This document shows, in pieces, positions 49,960-61,580 of a DNA stretch of 64,000 nucleotides. The position numbers and the translations under genes were made by a program. Position 1 is the first letter of the stretch, and the number at the start of each line of letters is the position of its first letter. The notes under the pieces were generated by a model. The model was not told the DNA's origin. It was given only the letters and a program-made list of their open reading frames with translations, and searched no databases. Location of the stretch: contig OZ024745.1 in NCBI GenBank assembly GCA_964016885.1, positions 80,662,001-80,726,000 on the forward strand, read 5' to 3'. The DNA is from Eledone cirrhosa (lineage: Eukaryota).

Positions 49960-49992
<33 letters not shown>

Positions 49993-49994
<2 letters not shown>

Positions 49995-50366
49995 CGATAT
50001 TAAACAAATGGAAACTATATTTATAAAACCATATTTATTTCGTTATATATATTTCAGGGATATCATATTAAAAATATGGTATGCCTTCCTCAGACAAAAT
50101 ACAATACATAAGCTGTTTTATAAATAATTTTTGACATACCTTTTAAATAATGCAACTTCCATTTAAAAAGTTGATTTGGTAGTGTCAACTTTTTAAATGG
50201 AAGTTGCATTATTTAAAAGGTATGTCAAAAATTATTTATAAAACAGCTTATGTATTGTATTTTGTCTGAGGAAGGCATACCATATTTTTAATATGATATC
50301 CCTGAAATATATATAACGAAATAAATATGGTTTTATAAATATAGTTTCCATTTGTTTAATATCGTA
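49993..50366. mobile_element. Palindromic element with a hammerhead in each arm (50037-50100 minus; 50259-50322 plus)
   Basis: 182-bp essentially perfect arms, 10-nt loop; attttgt-CTGAGGA-...-GAAA-tatata-TA-acgaaat; (TA)n flanks. Confidence 0.87.
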
Positions 50367-50510
50367 AACCTACTCCAGAAACTGTTGAGTGCTTTTATAT
50401 CAGTTATATAAAATATTTACTCGTTGTAACCCAACAATCTTAAATAAAACTTTTGCATATATATATATATATATATATATAGTTATGTAATAAACAACAT
50501 AAGATAATTA

Positions 50511-50571
50511 TTTCATTTACCAGTGGTTTCTTGAAAGCAAGCAAAATTTGCTTTCAGTCATCAGAATGAAA
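50511..50571 (-). ncRNA. Type I hammerhead motif, same family as 1124-1184
   Basis: Reverse complement of the 1124-1184 motif with core and stems intact. Confidence 0.8.
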
Positions 50572-51436
50572 AAATCCTGGTGTATTTATTGACAGTGGGT
50601 TTTAACTAATAAGCTCTGTAACCTACATAGAGCACTCTGTAGATGTGTGTGTGTAGTTTTCCTAATCTTTCTCTAAATCTCTCTTTCTCTCTCTATGTGT
50701 ATATATTGAAGGGAGATACGGAAACTAAAACAGCGTTGTCATATAGAGAGTGAAGAGCGACAGAGAGAGTAAAGCAGTTAAATTATAGAGAGGGGGGAAT
50801 GATCTTACATACACACATATACTATGGCGACCGTTGTGGTCAATGTCCGATAATCGGACGTGTGTAATTACGGCTTACATGAAGGCAACATACCATATAT
50901 TGGAAAAAGTTGAGCTACATTCCGCGGTAAGATTACATACAATAATTCTACATAAGTGTTTGAACTGTAAGTGTGTTGTAAAACACCTATTTATATGAAC
51001 GATACATACACTTATGATATATGAACGATACATACACTTATGATATATGAACGATACATACACTTTAACATAAATGCAAAGAAATATGCAAGTAACGTTT
51101 TCGATTCAGAAACAAAAACATAAGTGTTTGAACTGTGAATATGTTGTAGAACACCTATTTATATGAATGATACATAAACTTTAACATATAAATACAGCGT
51201 TGTTATATTATATTACTACATTTATAAAGAAATATACTAAGTAACGGTTTTTTTTTGTTCTCGATTCAAACGATTCAAGAACAACAATTAAAAGACAGTT
51301 GTAGAATTAAAAACTAACTGAAAAGAAATATTACCCAAGCTGTGAAGAACTTTAAATTTGATTCTGACAGAACTTTGTCGAAACTTTTAAAGAAGATCAT
51401 CGACTATTTTGAAAAATTAATACAAAATATTGGTGA

Positions 51437-52420
51437 ACTAGCAGTAAAGCCCGGCGTTGCTCGGGGCTTCTCAGTAGCTGTGTTAAAGTTACAATGTTAA
51501 GTTCCTTTCTTGGCTTAAAAACTGTAGAGTCTACAGTGTAGACTTTCATGTGGTACTTTTGATCCCTCAACCAACAGTATGCCTTATGAAGTTAAGAAAA
51601 CATAACCATAACTCGAATGTTAAAACAAAAGAGGATGCTGGGGATAAAAACTGCACTGGTAATCTATTAACAAAAATCGAAAATGTAAACACTGCAACAC
51701 TTGTCTCAGAGAAAAACATCAGCGTAACCAAAATATCAGTTATTTTGAAACAAAGAAATTAGATGGACATGAAAAAAAAAAAATGCAATTTTATCGCCTA
51801 TCACCTCTCTGCACGACTGTCTGTCTGCACAACTTTATCGCCTATATCACCTGTCTGCACAACTTTATTGCCTATATCACCTGTCTGCACAACTTTATTG
51901 CCTATATCACCTATTTGCACAACTTTATTGCCTATATCACCTCTCTGTACGACTGTCTGTCTGCATGCCTCCATTGTCTGCACGACTGTCTGTCTGCATG
52001 CCTCCATTGTCTATCAGCCCGACTGTCTGTCTGCACAATTTTATCGCCTATATCACCTCTCTGCACGCCTGTCTGTCTGCACAAATTTATCGACTATAGC
52101 AGTAAAGCCCGGCGTTGCTCGGGGCTGCTCAGTAGCTGTGTTAAAGTTACAATGTTAAGTTCCTTTCACATTCATCTGTAGAACAAAGGTAGCCCATGTG
52201 TCAAGTTTTGTGAAAATCGTTTGCGAACTCCAGAAGTTATGACGTTTTGTTGCATTGCACTGCAGTGCTTCAGTCGACTCCAAGGAAGTGGTTGAAGGGG
52301 GTTATCTCCCGGGAGGCCCTATAATCAATATCTGGAAAAATGAAAGTGCCCATGACCATCCGGAGTACATATGTAACCTATGTCTTAAGTTTGGTGAAAA
52401 TACTCTAGAAATGTATAAGG
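51437..52420 (+). mobile_element. Helentron/HINE-like non-autonomous element with an internal 30-bp tandem array
   Basis: TAGCAGTAAAGCCCGGCGTTGCTCGGG at 51439 and 52097 (about 70-bp direct repeat), 30-bp units at 51790-52090, and aagttt(t/g)gtgaaaat motifs; the same terminus recurs at 61655. Confidence 0.55.
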
Positions 52421-52782
52421 TTTACACACACACGCGTGAGTGTGTGTGTATGTATTTGTGTGTGCGTATGTATATGTATGTGTATGTCCGTCGGCGCATA
52501 CGTATGTACTGGCCTAAATCTTCACTATTTACTTTTACTATTTTAAGGCAAAGTTAAAATCCCGTCGAGGTTAACTTTACCTTTCATCCTTACGGGGTTG
52601 ATAAAATAAAGTACCAGTAATGTACTGGGTAATTGCTGGCCTTGTGCCAAAAGTAGAAACAACTATTTTAATAACCTGTGTCATTTTCGTTTACAATTTT
52701 ATTTACATCATTCTTAAACTCCGGGGCTGGAAATCATTCTGTTATTTTAAATAGAATATTAATCTAACGACTCTATTTATAC

Positions 52783-52865
52783 CATAAACTTGGTCTCGAC
52801 TTTGCATGAAATTGTTCTTCACGCTCCACATAACGACGTATTATCCTCGCCTTTTTTCCGTTCAT
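52783..52865 (-). CDS. Possible first coding exon of the delphilin-like gene
   Basis: Locally CpG-richer unique segment ending at TG|GTATAA. ATG at 52807 gives MQSRDQVY+G (phase 1, fits the 46364 exon). ATG at 52865 gives MNGKK...RPSL+TG (phase 2, would need an exon I did not find). No homology support. Confidence 0.35.
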
Positions 52866-53108
52866 TATCAGGGAACGTCTTCACGAACCAAAATATCGTC
52901 TTCCTGTTTTCCTTCGGTTGCAGTGTTTCTCGAAATATTTCATTCTGCGTTCACAGATTGAATTTATTAGTTTCAGAAGATCCCGTTAATGTTGAAAGCA
53001 GCGATTCTTTGCTTAAACTTTCTTTCTTTCTCAAACCTCTCTCCCTTTTTTCTCATACCCTCTCTCTCTCTTCTTCTACAGAATGGAGAACAATAAAGAA
53101 CGCGCATA

Positions 53109-53161
<53 letters not shown>

Positions 53162-53619
53162 AAATATATATGTGTTTATGTGTGTGAACCAGCCTTCGTC
53201 GCCATTCTCTCTCTCTCTGTCTCTATCTGATTATCTTGTACCTCTCTCTGTATAACGACCTATCTCACTCTCTCTCTCTACATCTCCCTTTCTCTCTTTA
53301 GATGTATATGTGTGTGTGTATGTGTGATATATATATAGAGAGAGTTGCAACATGTATGTAGTTTGATAGATTTTTGATGGTAGTAGCGAGAGGAATGAAG
53401 CGTGTAAGAGAGAGGGTTACAGCATATATTTAGATTTATCGATTTTTTTTTCATAGAAGCAGGAAATTTTTGGCAAAAATTATTACGCGTTGACCTGACT
53501 TGGTAAATTTGGAGCATATTGTAAAACAATCATCAACATCGGTAGAGAAATGTGGAAATGCATAAAAATCATACACACACATACACAGTTATATATATAT
53601 ATATAGAGAGAGAGATAGA

Positions 53620-56250
53620 GATAGACGAACTCATCATGGCAAAACGTACAAGTCTCTTTCGACCAAATCGCAACTACAACCGTTGTATACAGTGGAGCTA
53701 CGAGCTTAACAAAGAATTATATGAAGCATACAAACAATCTGAACCCCAAAAGTTCGGTTTTATGCAAAGGCTAAAAACTTTATGGAACTCCAAACACCCA
53801 GAATTAGACTTTTCTCCAAAGCATTTAAATGAACAGGCAAAACGTATCATTAGATGTAAATTGATACATCTAACGGAATTGAGTGATACTACAAATACAG
53901 CCCTTGTAGACAACCAACCCACCTCCACTGACAGACAAAGAGAATGGCCAGCTAAATCTAACAGTGAACAGCTCACCAACAATTTTGCTGAAATCCACCC
54001 ACTTCCACTGAAGAACAGCGAGAATGGTCAGCTAACTCTAGTAGTAATTGTCACCACATCAACAACGAGGTTGAAATTCATGACTCTACTGTACAAACAG
54101 AACATCAAAAACTTGTGGACACCTTACAAGTGATATGGGATGATATGTTTCAAGAGATACACAGCCTTAAAGTGAGTGATAGACCATATAACACCAGAAT
54201 CAGTAAAGAACCCACTAAATTGGAATTGGAAGCGGTGAACGAAATAGCTGACAATTATCTGAAGGCTATACGATCTAAAGGTGTAGAAACGACATTTGAA
54301 ACGCTTAACATTTTGTTATATGTTTCAGCTGTCACATTGCTATCATATAAAAAACATCTAAAACCACGCAATCAAGATACAGACAAAAAGCCTGAACCAG
54401 CGTGGATGCGAAATTTAAAAAGCAAAATTTTGTCCCTGAGACGAAGTATCTCACACATCGCAGTCGTTATGAAATGCAACATAGAGAGCAACTTCACACG
54501 ACACCAGGAAGACCTAAAAAAAAAAAATTAGAGAGACGATTTGGAGATACAAAATTTAAAACTTTGAACTCCAAATTACACCAGTTGAAACAACAACTCA
54601 CAGCTACAACAGAAAGACTAAAATATAAGTCAACAGCACATAAACGACAAGTGCTAAATAGATTGTTTGCCAGAGATTCTAAATCAGTTTATCGCAGCTT
54701 CGGTGGCAAAAGCTCAATCTCTGTAAATGACACCCCTTCAAAAGAACAGGTTGAGAGCTACTGGAGATCTGTATGGGAAACGGATGACGGATTCAACAGA
54801 CAAACTAAATGGCTAAAAGAACTGGAACAGGACTACTGCCAGCATGTCCAGACAAAACAATATGACATAGATGGGTCAATGCTGGAAACAGCTCTACAGA
54901 AAATGTTGAATAGGAAATCACCAGGCCCAGACCTCATTACAGGATACTGATTGAAGAATTTCACTTTCTATCGGCAAGATCTCATACGGCTGTTTACAGA
55001 AACCGTTAAAGGCACACAAGAACTGCCCAGATGGTTATCAACTGCCACTACTCTCCTCATTCCCCAAAATAGCAAAACCACCCTTGCTAAAAATTACCGC
55101 CCTACAGTCTGCCAAAACATCATGTATAAATTATATACTGGGTGCCTTAACCTATTCTTACAGTATCACTGTGCTACCAACAACATCATAACACCTGAGC
55201 AAGCTGGTGGAAAGAGGGAGGTGTGGGGTTGCATAGATCACCTACTAACTAATAAAATGATTCAAGAAAAAACAACAAAGAATCGCAGAAACATGACTGT
55301 GGTGTGGCTGGACTATCAAAAAGCATTTGATAGTGTACCTCATGGGTGGATTGTTAAGGCTTTACAGTTAGCCAAAGTCCCACAACCACTGGTAGCTGCT
55401 GTTGAACTGGTACACCAATTTGATCCTTAGAGGTGAGAAGAAGCAAGTTAAGACTGATAAGATACATTACCAACAGGGCATCTTTCAGGGTGATAGCTTG
55501 TCAGTGCTACTCTTCGTTCTCTCACTAAATCCACTATCTTACCTACTCAGGAAACAAGGTGGACAAAGAAGTGGGTCCAGAAGTATCTCCGATCTTTTCT
55601 TTGTTGATGACCTGAAGTTGTATGGGCCAAATATCAATGACGTCAAGAAACAATTGGACCTCATTACACAATTTTCAACAGACATCAAAATGAAATTTGG
55701 TGAGTCCAAGTGTGCATATTTATCAGTAAAAGGTGGAAGAGCTGTGCCCTCCTCTAGAAATCTAGAGATGAACGGCCTGACGGATGGCACTAAGGAATAC
55801 TGGTGGAACCTGAAAATAAAAACTGCCACCAAATTAAAGCACAACCGGCATGATATTATTGTTTGGGACCACACATTGAGAACGTGTTCTGTTGTGGATA
55901 TCAGCTGCCCACTTGATGTAAACGTTGTCAGAAAAATACAGGAGGAGGACATCTACGGACCATTGATGAGGAGTTTACAAATCCAGTATCCAAGATACAC
56001 CTTTAGCTTCATACCCATCATTATTGGAGCTACGGGTTATATACCAACCCGCTTGGACCAAAGTATGACTGAACTTGGATTTGCGGACAAAGAGCGCAGC
56101 TCCCTAATTCATAGTCTACAAATGGCTGCGATAGCTGGCACCTTCAAAATTTGCAAAACATTCTTGCGATTCAAGGGATGACAATTTCTTTTCTTTTACA
56201 ACCTTGCCACCAGGAAGGTGGCCGGTCAAAAAATAAAAAGAGAATAGAAA
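53620..56250 (+). mobile_element. Degraded R4-clade LINE with a large internal deletion
   Basis: PAWMRNL, KSPGPD, WLDYQKAFDSVPH, GIFQGDSLS and FVDD, joined directly to HNRHDIIVWD...DISCP (RLE); frameshifts. Confidence 0.85.
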
Positions 56251-56539
56251 TAGAAACATACATACATATAAAGTATAGATATATGTATGTGTGTTTGTGT
56301 ATGTGTGTATGTGCATGTGTGTTTTGATGTTATCTGGCAATTGGCGAAATCAGGTGTGAAAGTTTGTGTGTGTGTTACTTATGCGAGCGAGGACAGATGA
56401 AAGATATACTACGGAAATGAACGTTATTTTTCAATCACCGCTACGATTGATCATACACATTGTTTATTTTAAAATTATTTTAATGCCGATACTTGATTTA
56501 ACGTCATTGGAAATCGATCACTTGCTGGTCCCCCTCTGT

Positions 56540-56634
<95 letters not shown>

Positions 56635-56637
<3 letters not shown>

Positions 56638-57097
56638 CGGTGGCTATGGTGAAAGAAGTTATATGGTGGACGAGGTTGAGAGGACTGAGGACAGATGCCT
56701 TTCTCTCCGGACAACAATTGATTCCCTTCTTTAAGTATCACTTTAGAAGGAGAATCAGGGTGGAGAGAGAGGCACTGCACCCCAGTAAATTTACTGAAAG
56801 GTGGGTGAATGAAGCGAAAATGGCCCGAGTGATTGGGCCTTCTCTGTTTATAAGCCTGTAGGTTGAGGAAGAGAGCAAAAGGAAGAAAGGAGCACTTGCA
56901 CAACACGCTCCTGGAGTTGAGGGTTGTTCTATCGACGGGGTATTAAACAACCCATTTGTGGTGCCTCCCCCCTATTGGGGATTTCGATTGTTGAAATTGT
57001 TTGTTTTTATATTTTTTACACGACTGTATGTAAAATCCCCGGCATGTCTTTGTATTGTCCCCTTTTCTTGTTGCGCCCTTATGGCTAATAAAGAAAT
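56635..57097 (+). mobile_element. 3' fragment of a related Tx1-like LINE in (TC)n
   Basis: KEVIWWTRL...RIRVERE...FTERWV..A.MAR..GPSL aligns with the end of ORF2 at 24750; (TC)n on both sides. Confidence 0.85.
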
Positions 57098-57189
57098 CTC
57101 TCTCTCTCTCTCTGAATAACTAACACTTTAATTGTATCCCTCTCTGTCTAACTGCCTATCTCTCTCTTTTCCCCTCCTCTGTTTTTCTG

Positions 57190-57222
57190 TCTCTCTCTGT
57201 AGATGTGTGTGTGTAGTTTTCC

Positions 57223-57280
<58 letters not shown>

Positions 57281-57421
57281 GTGTGTATATATTGAAGGGA
57301 GATACGGAAACTAAAACAGTGTTGTCATATAGAGAATGAAGAGCGACAGAGAGAGTAAAGCAGTTAAATTATAGAGAGGGGGAATGATCTATTGGCGAAA
57401 TCAGGTGTGAAAGTATGTATA

Positions 57422-57456
<35 letters not shown>

Positions 57457-57965
57457 TATGCGAGTGATGACATGATTGAAGGGAGATACTGAAACTAAAA
57501 CAGTGTTGTCATATAGAGAGTGAAGAGCGATAGAGAGTAAAGCAGTTAAATTATAGAGAGGGGGAATGATCTATTATAGAGAGAGGGAAGATCGACGGAG
57601 AGAGTAAAGCTAAGAAACTATAGGGAGGTGTGTAGGATATATGTGTTGACCGAATTTACATACAACGCTCATCTCTACGGAAAGTAAAAGAGTGTTGTCA
57701 TATAGGGATTGAAGAGAGACAGAGAGTAAAACAGTTAAATTATAGAGAGGGTAAAAGAGGGAGAAAGAGAGAGAGAGAGAGACGACGCTCAGCTTTATAA
57801 TATTTGAGAGTGAAGAGCGACAGAGAGAGTAAAGCAGTTAAATTATAGAGAGTGGGAATGATCTATTCTAGAGAGAGGGAAGAGCAACGGAGAGAGTAAA
57901 GCTGAGAAACTATAGGGAGGTGTGTAGAATACATAATACACGACACTCAGCTTTATAATATTATA
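57190..57965 (+). repeat. AG-rich, internally repeated element (Helentron-like end)
   Basis: Repeated gagagtaaagcagttaaattatagagag blocks, also at 50636-50810; ends in acgac(g/a)ctcagctttataatatt twice. Confidence 0.55.
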
Positions 57966-57974
57966 TATATATAT

Positions 57975-58497
57975 ATATTGTTATACTTTGGGAGGATCAT
58001 GTTACCAATAAGAAACACACGCATTAGTTGCTTTCACTTCAATTTATTATAAATTACAAATTAAAAAATTTATAAATTTCCGGTTGGTTGGTTGGTTCCA
58101 CAACCGGACGGATGTTCATATATTGTCAAAGTTCTTTCGTCACACATTCTGTGATTCTTTTCTTTGTTTTGTGCCTCTCCTTTGTTCTGTCCTACGCCAT
58201 CTCGTTTTTCTCATATAGAAAGAGAAGAGAGTGAGAAAAACAAGATGGCGTAGGACGGAACAAAGGAGAGGCACAAAACAAAGAAAAGAATCCCCAGTCA
58301 CTGATGAGGTCACAGATTGTGTGACGAAAGAACTTTGACAATATATGAACAACCGTCCGGTTGTGGAACCAACCAACCAACCAACCAACCGGAAATTTAT
58401 AAATTTTTAAATTTATAATTTATAATAAATTGAAGTTAAAGCAACTGATGCGTGTGTTTCTTATTGGCAACATGACCCTCCCAAAGTAGAACAATAT
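57975..58497. mobile_element. Palindromic element; hammerhead-like core at 58297-58339 in the right arm only
   Basis: About 240-260-bp arms; gtca-CTGATGAG-gtcaca/tgtgac-GAAA-gaac-TT-tgac; (TA)n flanks. Confidence 0.78.
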
Positions 58498-58655
58498 CGG
58501 TTTCAACACACGTTTTCAGATAAAGAATCTTGGTAAAAAATTCAGAAACGAAATATATATATATGTATATATATATATATGTATATATGTATATGTATAT
58601 ATGTATATATATATGTATATATATATGTATATATGTATATATATATGTATATATG

Positions 58656-58690
<35 letters not shown>

Positions 58691-58751
58691 GTATATATAT
58701 ATATGTATATATATATATATGTATATATATATGTATATATATATATATATG

Positions 58752-58951
58752 NNNNNNNNNNNNNNNNNNNNNNNNNNNNNNNNNNNNNNNNNNNNNNNNN
58801 NNNNNNNNNNNNNNNNNNNNNNNNNNNNNNNNNNNNNNNNNNNNNNNNNNNNNNNNNNNNNNNNNNNNNNNNNNNNNNNNNNNNNNNNNNNNNNNNNNNN
58901 NNNNNNNNNNNNNNNNNNNNNNNNNNNNNNNNNNNNNNNNNNNNNNNNNNN
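58752..58951. other. Assembly gap (200 N)
   Basis: Run of N adjacent to (TA/TG)n. Confidence 1.
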
Positions 58952-59970
58952 CACCATTGTAACTGATGAGTTTTGACTGAAAACGTGGGAATTTTAAGTG
59001 CGACACGTATGGAAAACAACATATGTGTATGTCCTTCAACATATAGACAAGGTAACACAGTTTCAAACAAATACTATGACAGTCGCCCTTCACACTTGTA
59101 TGTATATATATAATACATAAAGTTGTTTTTCGGGGATGGGTTTTATCGGCAACGTAGCGACGAGGTTTTACTAGTAGTAATAATAAAGGAACATGAACGA
59201 TGAATCAATATAGTATCATGGTGGATTGGCAGTATCGGTAGAGGGTCGGACGCCATGCTTTGACGCATAGAGTTACGTCCCTTGCCATTCTGAGTTCAAA
59301 TCCCGCCGAGGTTAACTTTGCTTTTCATCCTTACAGGGTCGATAAAATAAAGTACCAGTAATACACTGAGTAATTGCTGGCCTTGTGCCAAAAGTAGAAA
59401 CAATTATATTTACTAGCAGAAGAAATCACTCCTCGGGTGGTTTTTCTGCTAGCATGTGTAGTGTGTATATTGATATTATACGCAATTATATATGCATGTA
59501 GATATGATACATCAAATAAAATCGTAATTGACAATATACACAGAAATTGAAGAGAGACTGTGTTACACTGTCTTATGTAATCAGTAACGTAATCCATGAT
59601 ACATTTTATAAAGACGATATTATATATAAACTGCCTGCATTAGGAAAAAATTAGTGACAGAAATATATGAATATTTATTTAAACGATCGCTAACCGGAAG
59701 TGTTGATATTTGAAAATTTTAAAGAAGTGCATCTTTAAATAAGTAATAAAATATGAACAGCCACGAAATTTAGTAGATAAATTATGCAATATTCATTCAT
59801 TATTTATTCAAAGTAATCCAACTTAGGGGATAAAAAATTATAAACCGTACGCAGTCCCGCGCTTCTTACTTTATTATAGTTTAGATTCACATGTTTCACG
59901 ATAGATCTGCTCAATGTACGATCGGGCCCAACTATGGAATCGATATCTCATCAGATTTGTGGATTCCTTA

Positions 59971-60040
<70 letters not shown>

Positions 60041-60372
60041 CCCTTGGTAGCGCTTTTGTTCCCTGTATGAACATAAATAAATAATATAATATATATATAT
60101 TATTGAATGATTTGCATAATGTCGAGTACTTTAATTTAAGGCATCGTCTTACCGGAATCACCAGTTCTACCCATTGGTAAACAACATAACATAAATGGTA
60201 TGTAGTATATATATAAATGTGTTGGTGTGTACGTTATTCAGTAATTTTGTTGATTACTGGAGATGACACCAATGTGAGCACTCGATGATACAACAGAGCG
60301 TACATGTTAAGTGAGGTACAACGAAGTTTAACTTTAAAATGTTTTACTGTATGTCAACCGTTTCACAGATGA

Positions 60373-60558
60373 TTGGCTCGAGATCTATATCGATGTGATA
60401 GACCTGACTCTAACATCGATCTGCTCCTCAAATGTGTGGACTCAATACTTTTACATTTATATTACAGGGCATCTAAATATTTGGATTGAGTCCACACGCC
60501 AGAGGAGCAGATCGATGCTGGTGCCATGTCTATCGCATCGATATAGATCTCGAGCCAA
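60373..60558. repeat. Imperfect hairpin / MITE-like element
   Basis: ttggctcgagatctatatcgatg...gtggactcaat / attgagtccacac...catcgatatagatctcgagccaa. Confidence 0.75.
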
Positions 60559-60592
60559 ACACATTTAAAAGTGAAACTTCGTTATAATACAC

Positions 60593-60669
<77 letters not shown>

Positions 60670-60715
60670 GTGTGTGTGCGTGTGCGCGTATGTGTGTGTT
60701 ATGTATGTTTGTATA

Positions 60716-61580
60716 CAAAAGTCCAACGTAATTGGGACAACATCAAGTGAAGGTCTTCCTTCAGGTGGATCGAGTCTGGCTTGGATCAACATGCTTCGCC
60801 TGCCTCCACTCCGCTTCACAGCCAAACAGCGGCGCGTGGCTCAATTCGGTGCTCTCTTCATAAACCGGTACCCATCTTGATGACGAGTGAACTCGCACCG
60901 GAGTGGCCCAACGCCTCGGCCTCCGCGTGTGTGAACCACATAAATGCTGTTGCGGGGCGGCCTGCACCCACTCTCTTGTTGCTAGAGCACAGGCCGGTTC
61001 TCCTGACATACCGTTCTCAACGATATATTGAGGAGCCTGGACGTAGCTGGCTTCCCATTACAACTGGAACCAGCATGCCTTGACCGCGGAGACGGCAAGC
61101 GCCCCGATGGAATTACCCTCTTCCCATTCGAAGGAGGTAGTTCCTTCATCTGCGACGTCACATGTTGTGACACGTTCTCCGCCTCCAACCTAGTCGTTTA
61201 GGCCACAATCCCCGGTACTGCGGCCCGAAATGCAGAGGAAAGGAAGATAAACAAATACCGGGGATTGTCCGACCGCTTCCTCTTCGCACTGGCCACCGTC
61301 GAGACCTCAGGCGTACTTGGACCCCGTACTGCTGAGCTCCTCCGCAAGATAGGAACGTCAGCAGCCCATCTGAGGAAGGAGCCCCACTTGGTGGGGTGTC
61401 TGTTGCAGTGGGTGAGGTTGGCCATTGTACACGGAACGCAGTCTTGTCCGCGGGATGCAGCCCCTACAACGCCCCCCCCCCACTCTTCTGTGACCATAGA
61501 GCACTTGCCTTTCCCTTCCTTTTCCGTTTTCATGACTGCAAAAGACACTTGCCTTTTTTTTACAATAAAACCCTTATAAA
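60716..61580 (+). mobile_element. 3' fragment of a CRE-like (RLE) non-LTR retrotransposon
   Basis: LEPACLDRGDGKRPDGITLFPF...CDVTCCDTF...AEERKINKY...VETSGVLG; disrupted; 61136-61294 recurs inverted at 61822-61980. Confidence 0.75.

Noticed and set aside
50879-50947. AG...GTAAG-bounded minus-strand segment (IIVCNLTAEC...)
   Set aside because: No PDZ similarity; cannot be tied to the gene without transcripts.
51763-52181. Repetitive Cys-rich ORFs
   Set aside because: They arise from the 30-bp internal tandem array of the Helentron-like element.
58955-59080. Hammerhead-like CTGATGA with a long stem II next to the gap
   Set aside because: GAAA and the cleavage site are not intact; too degenerate to call.
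59880-59960. Minus-strand CTGATGA...GAAACATGT motif
   Set aside because: Stem I does not pair and the site would be UG; at best a decayed remnant.
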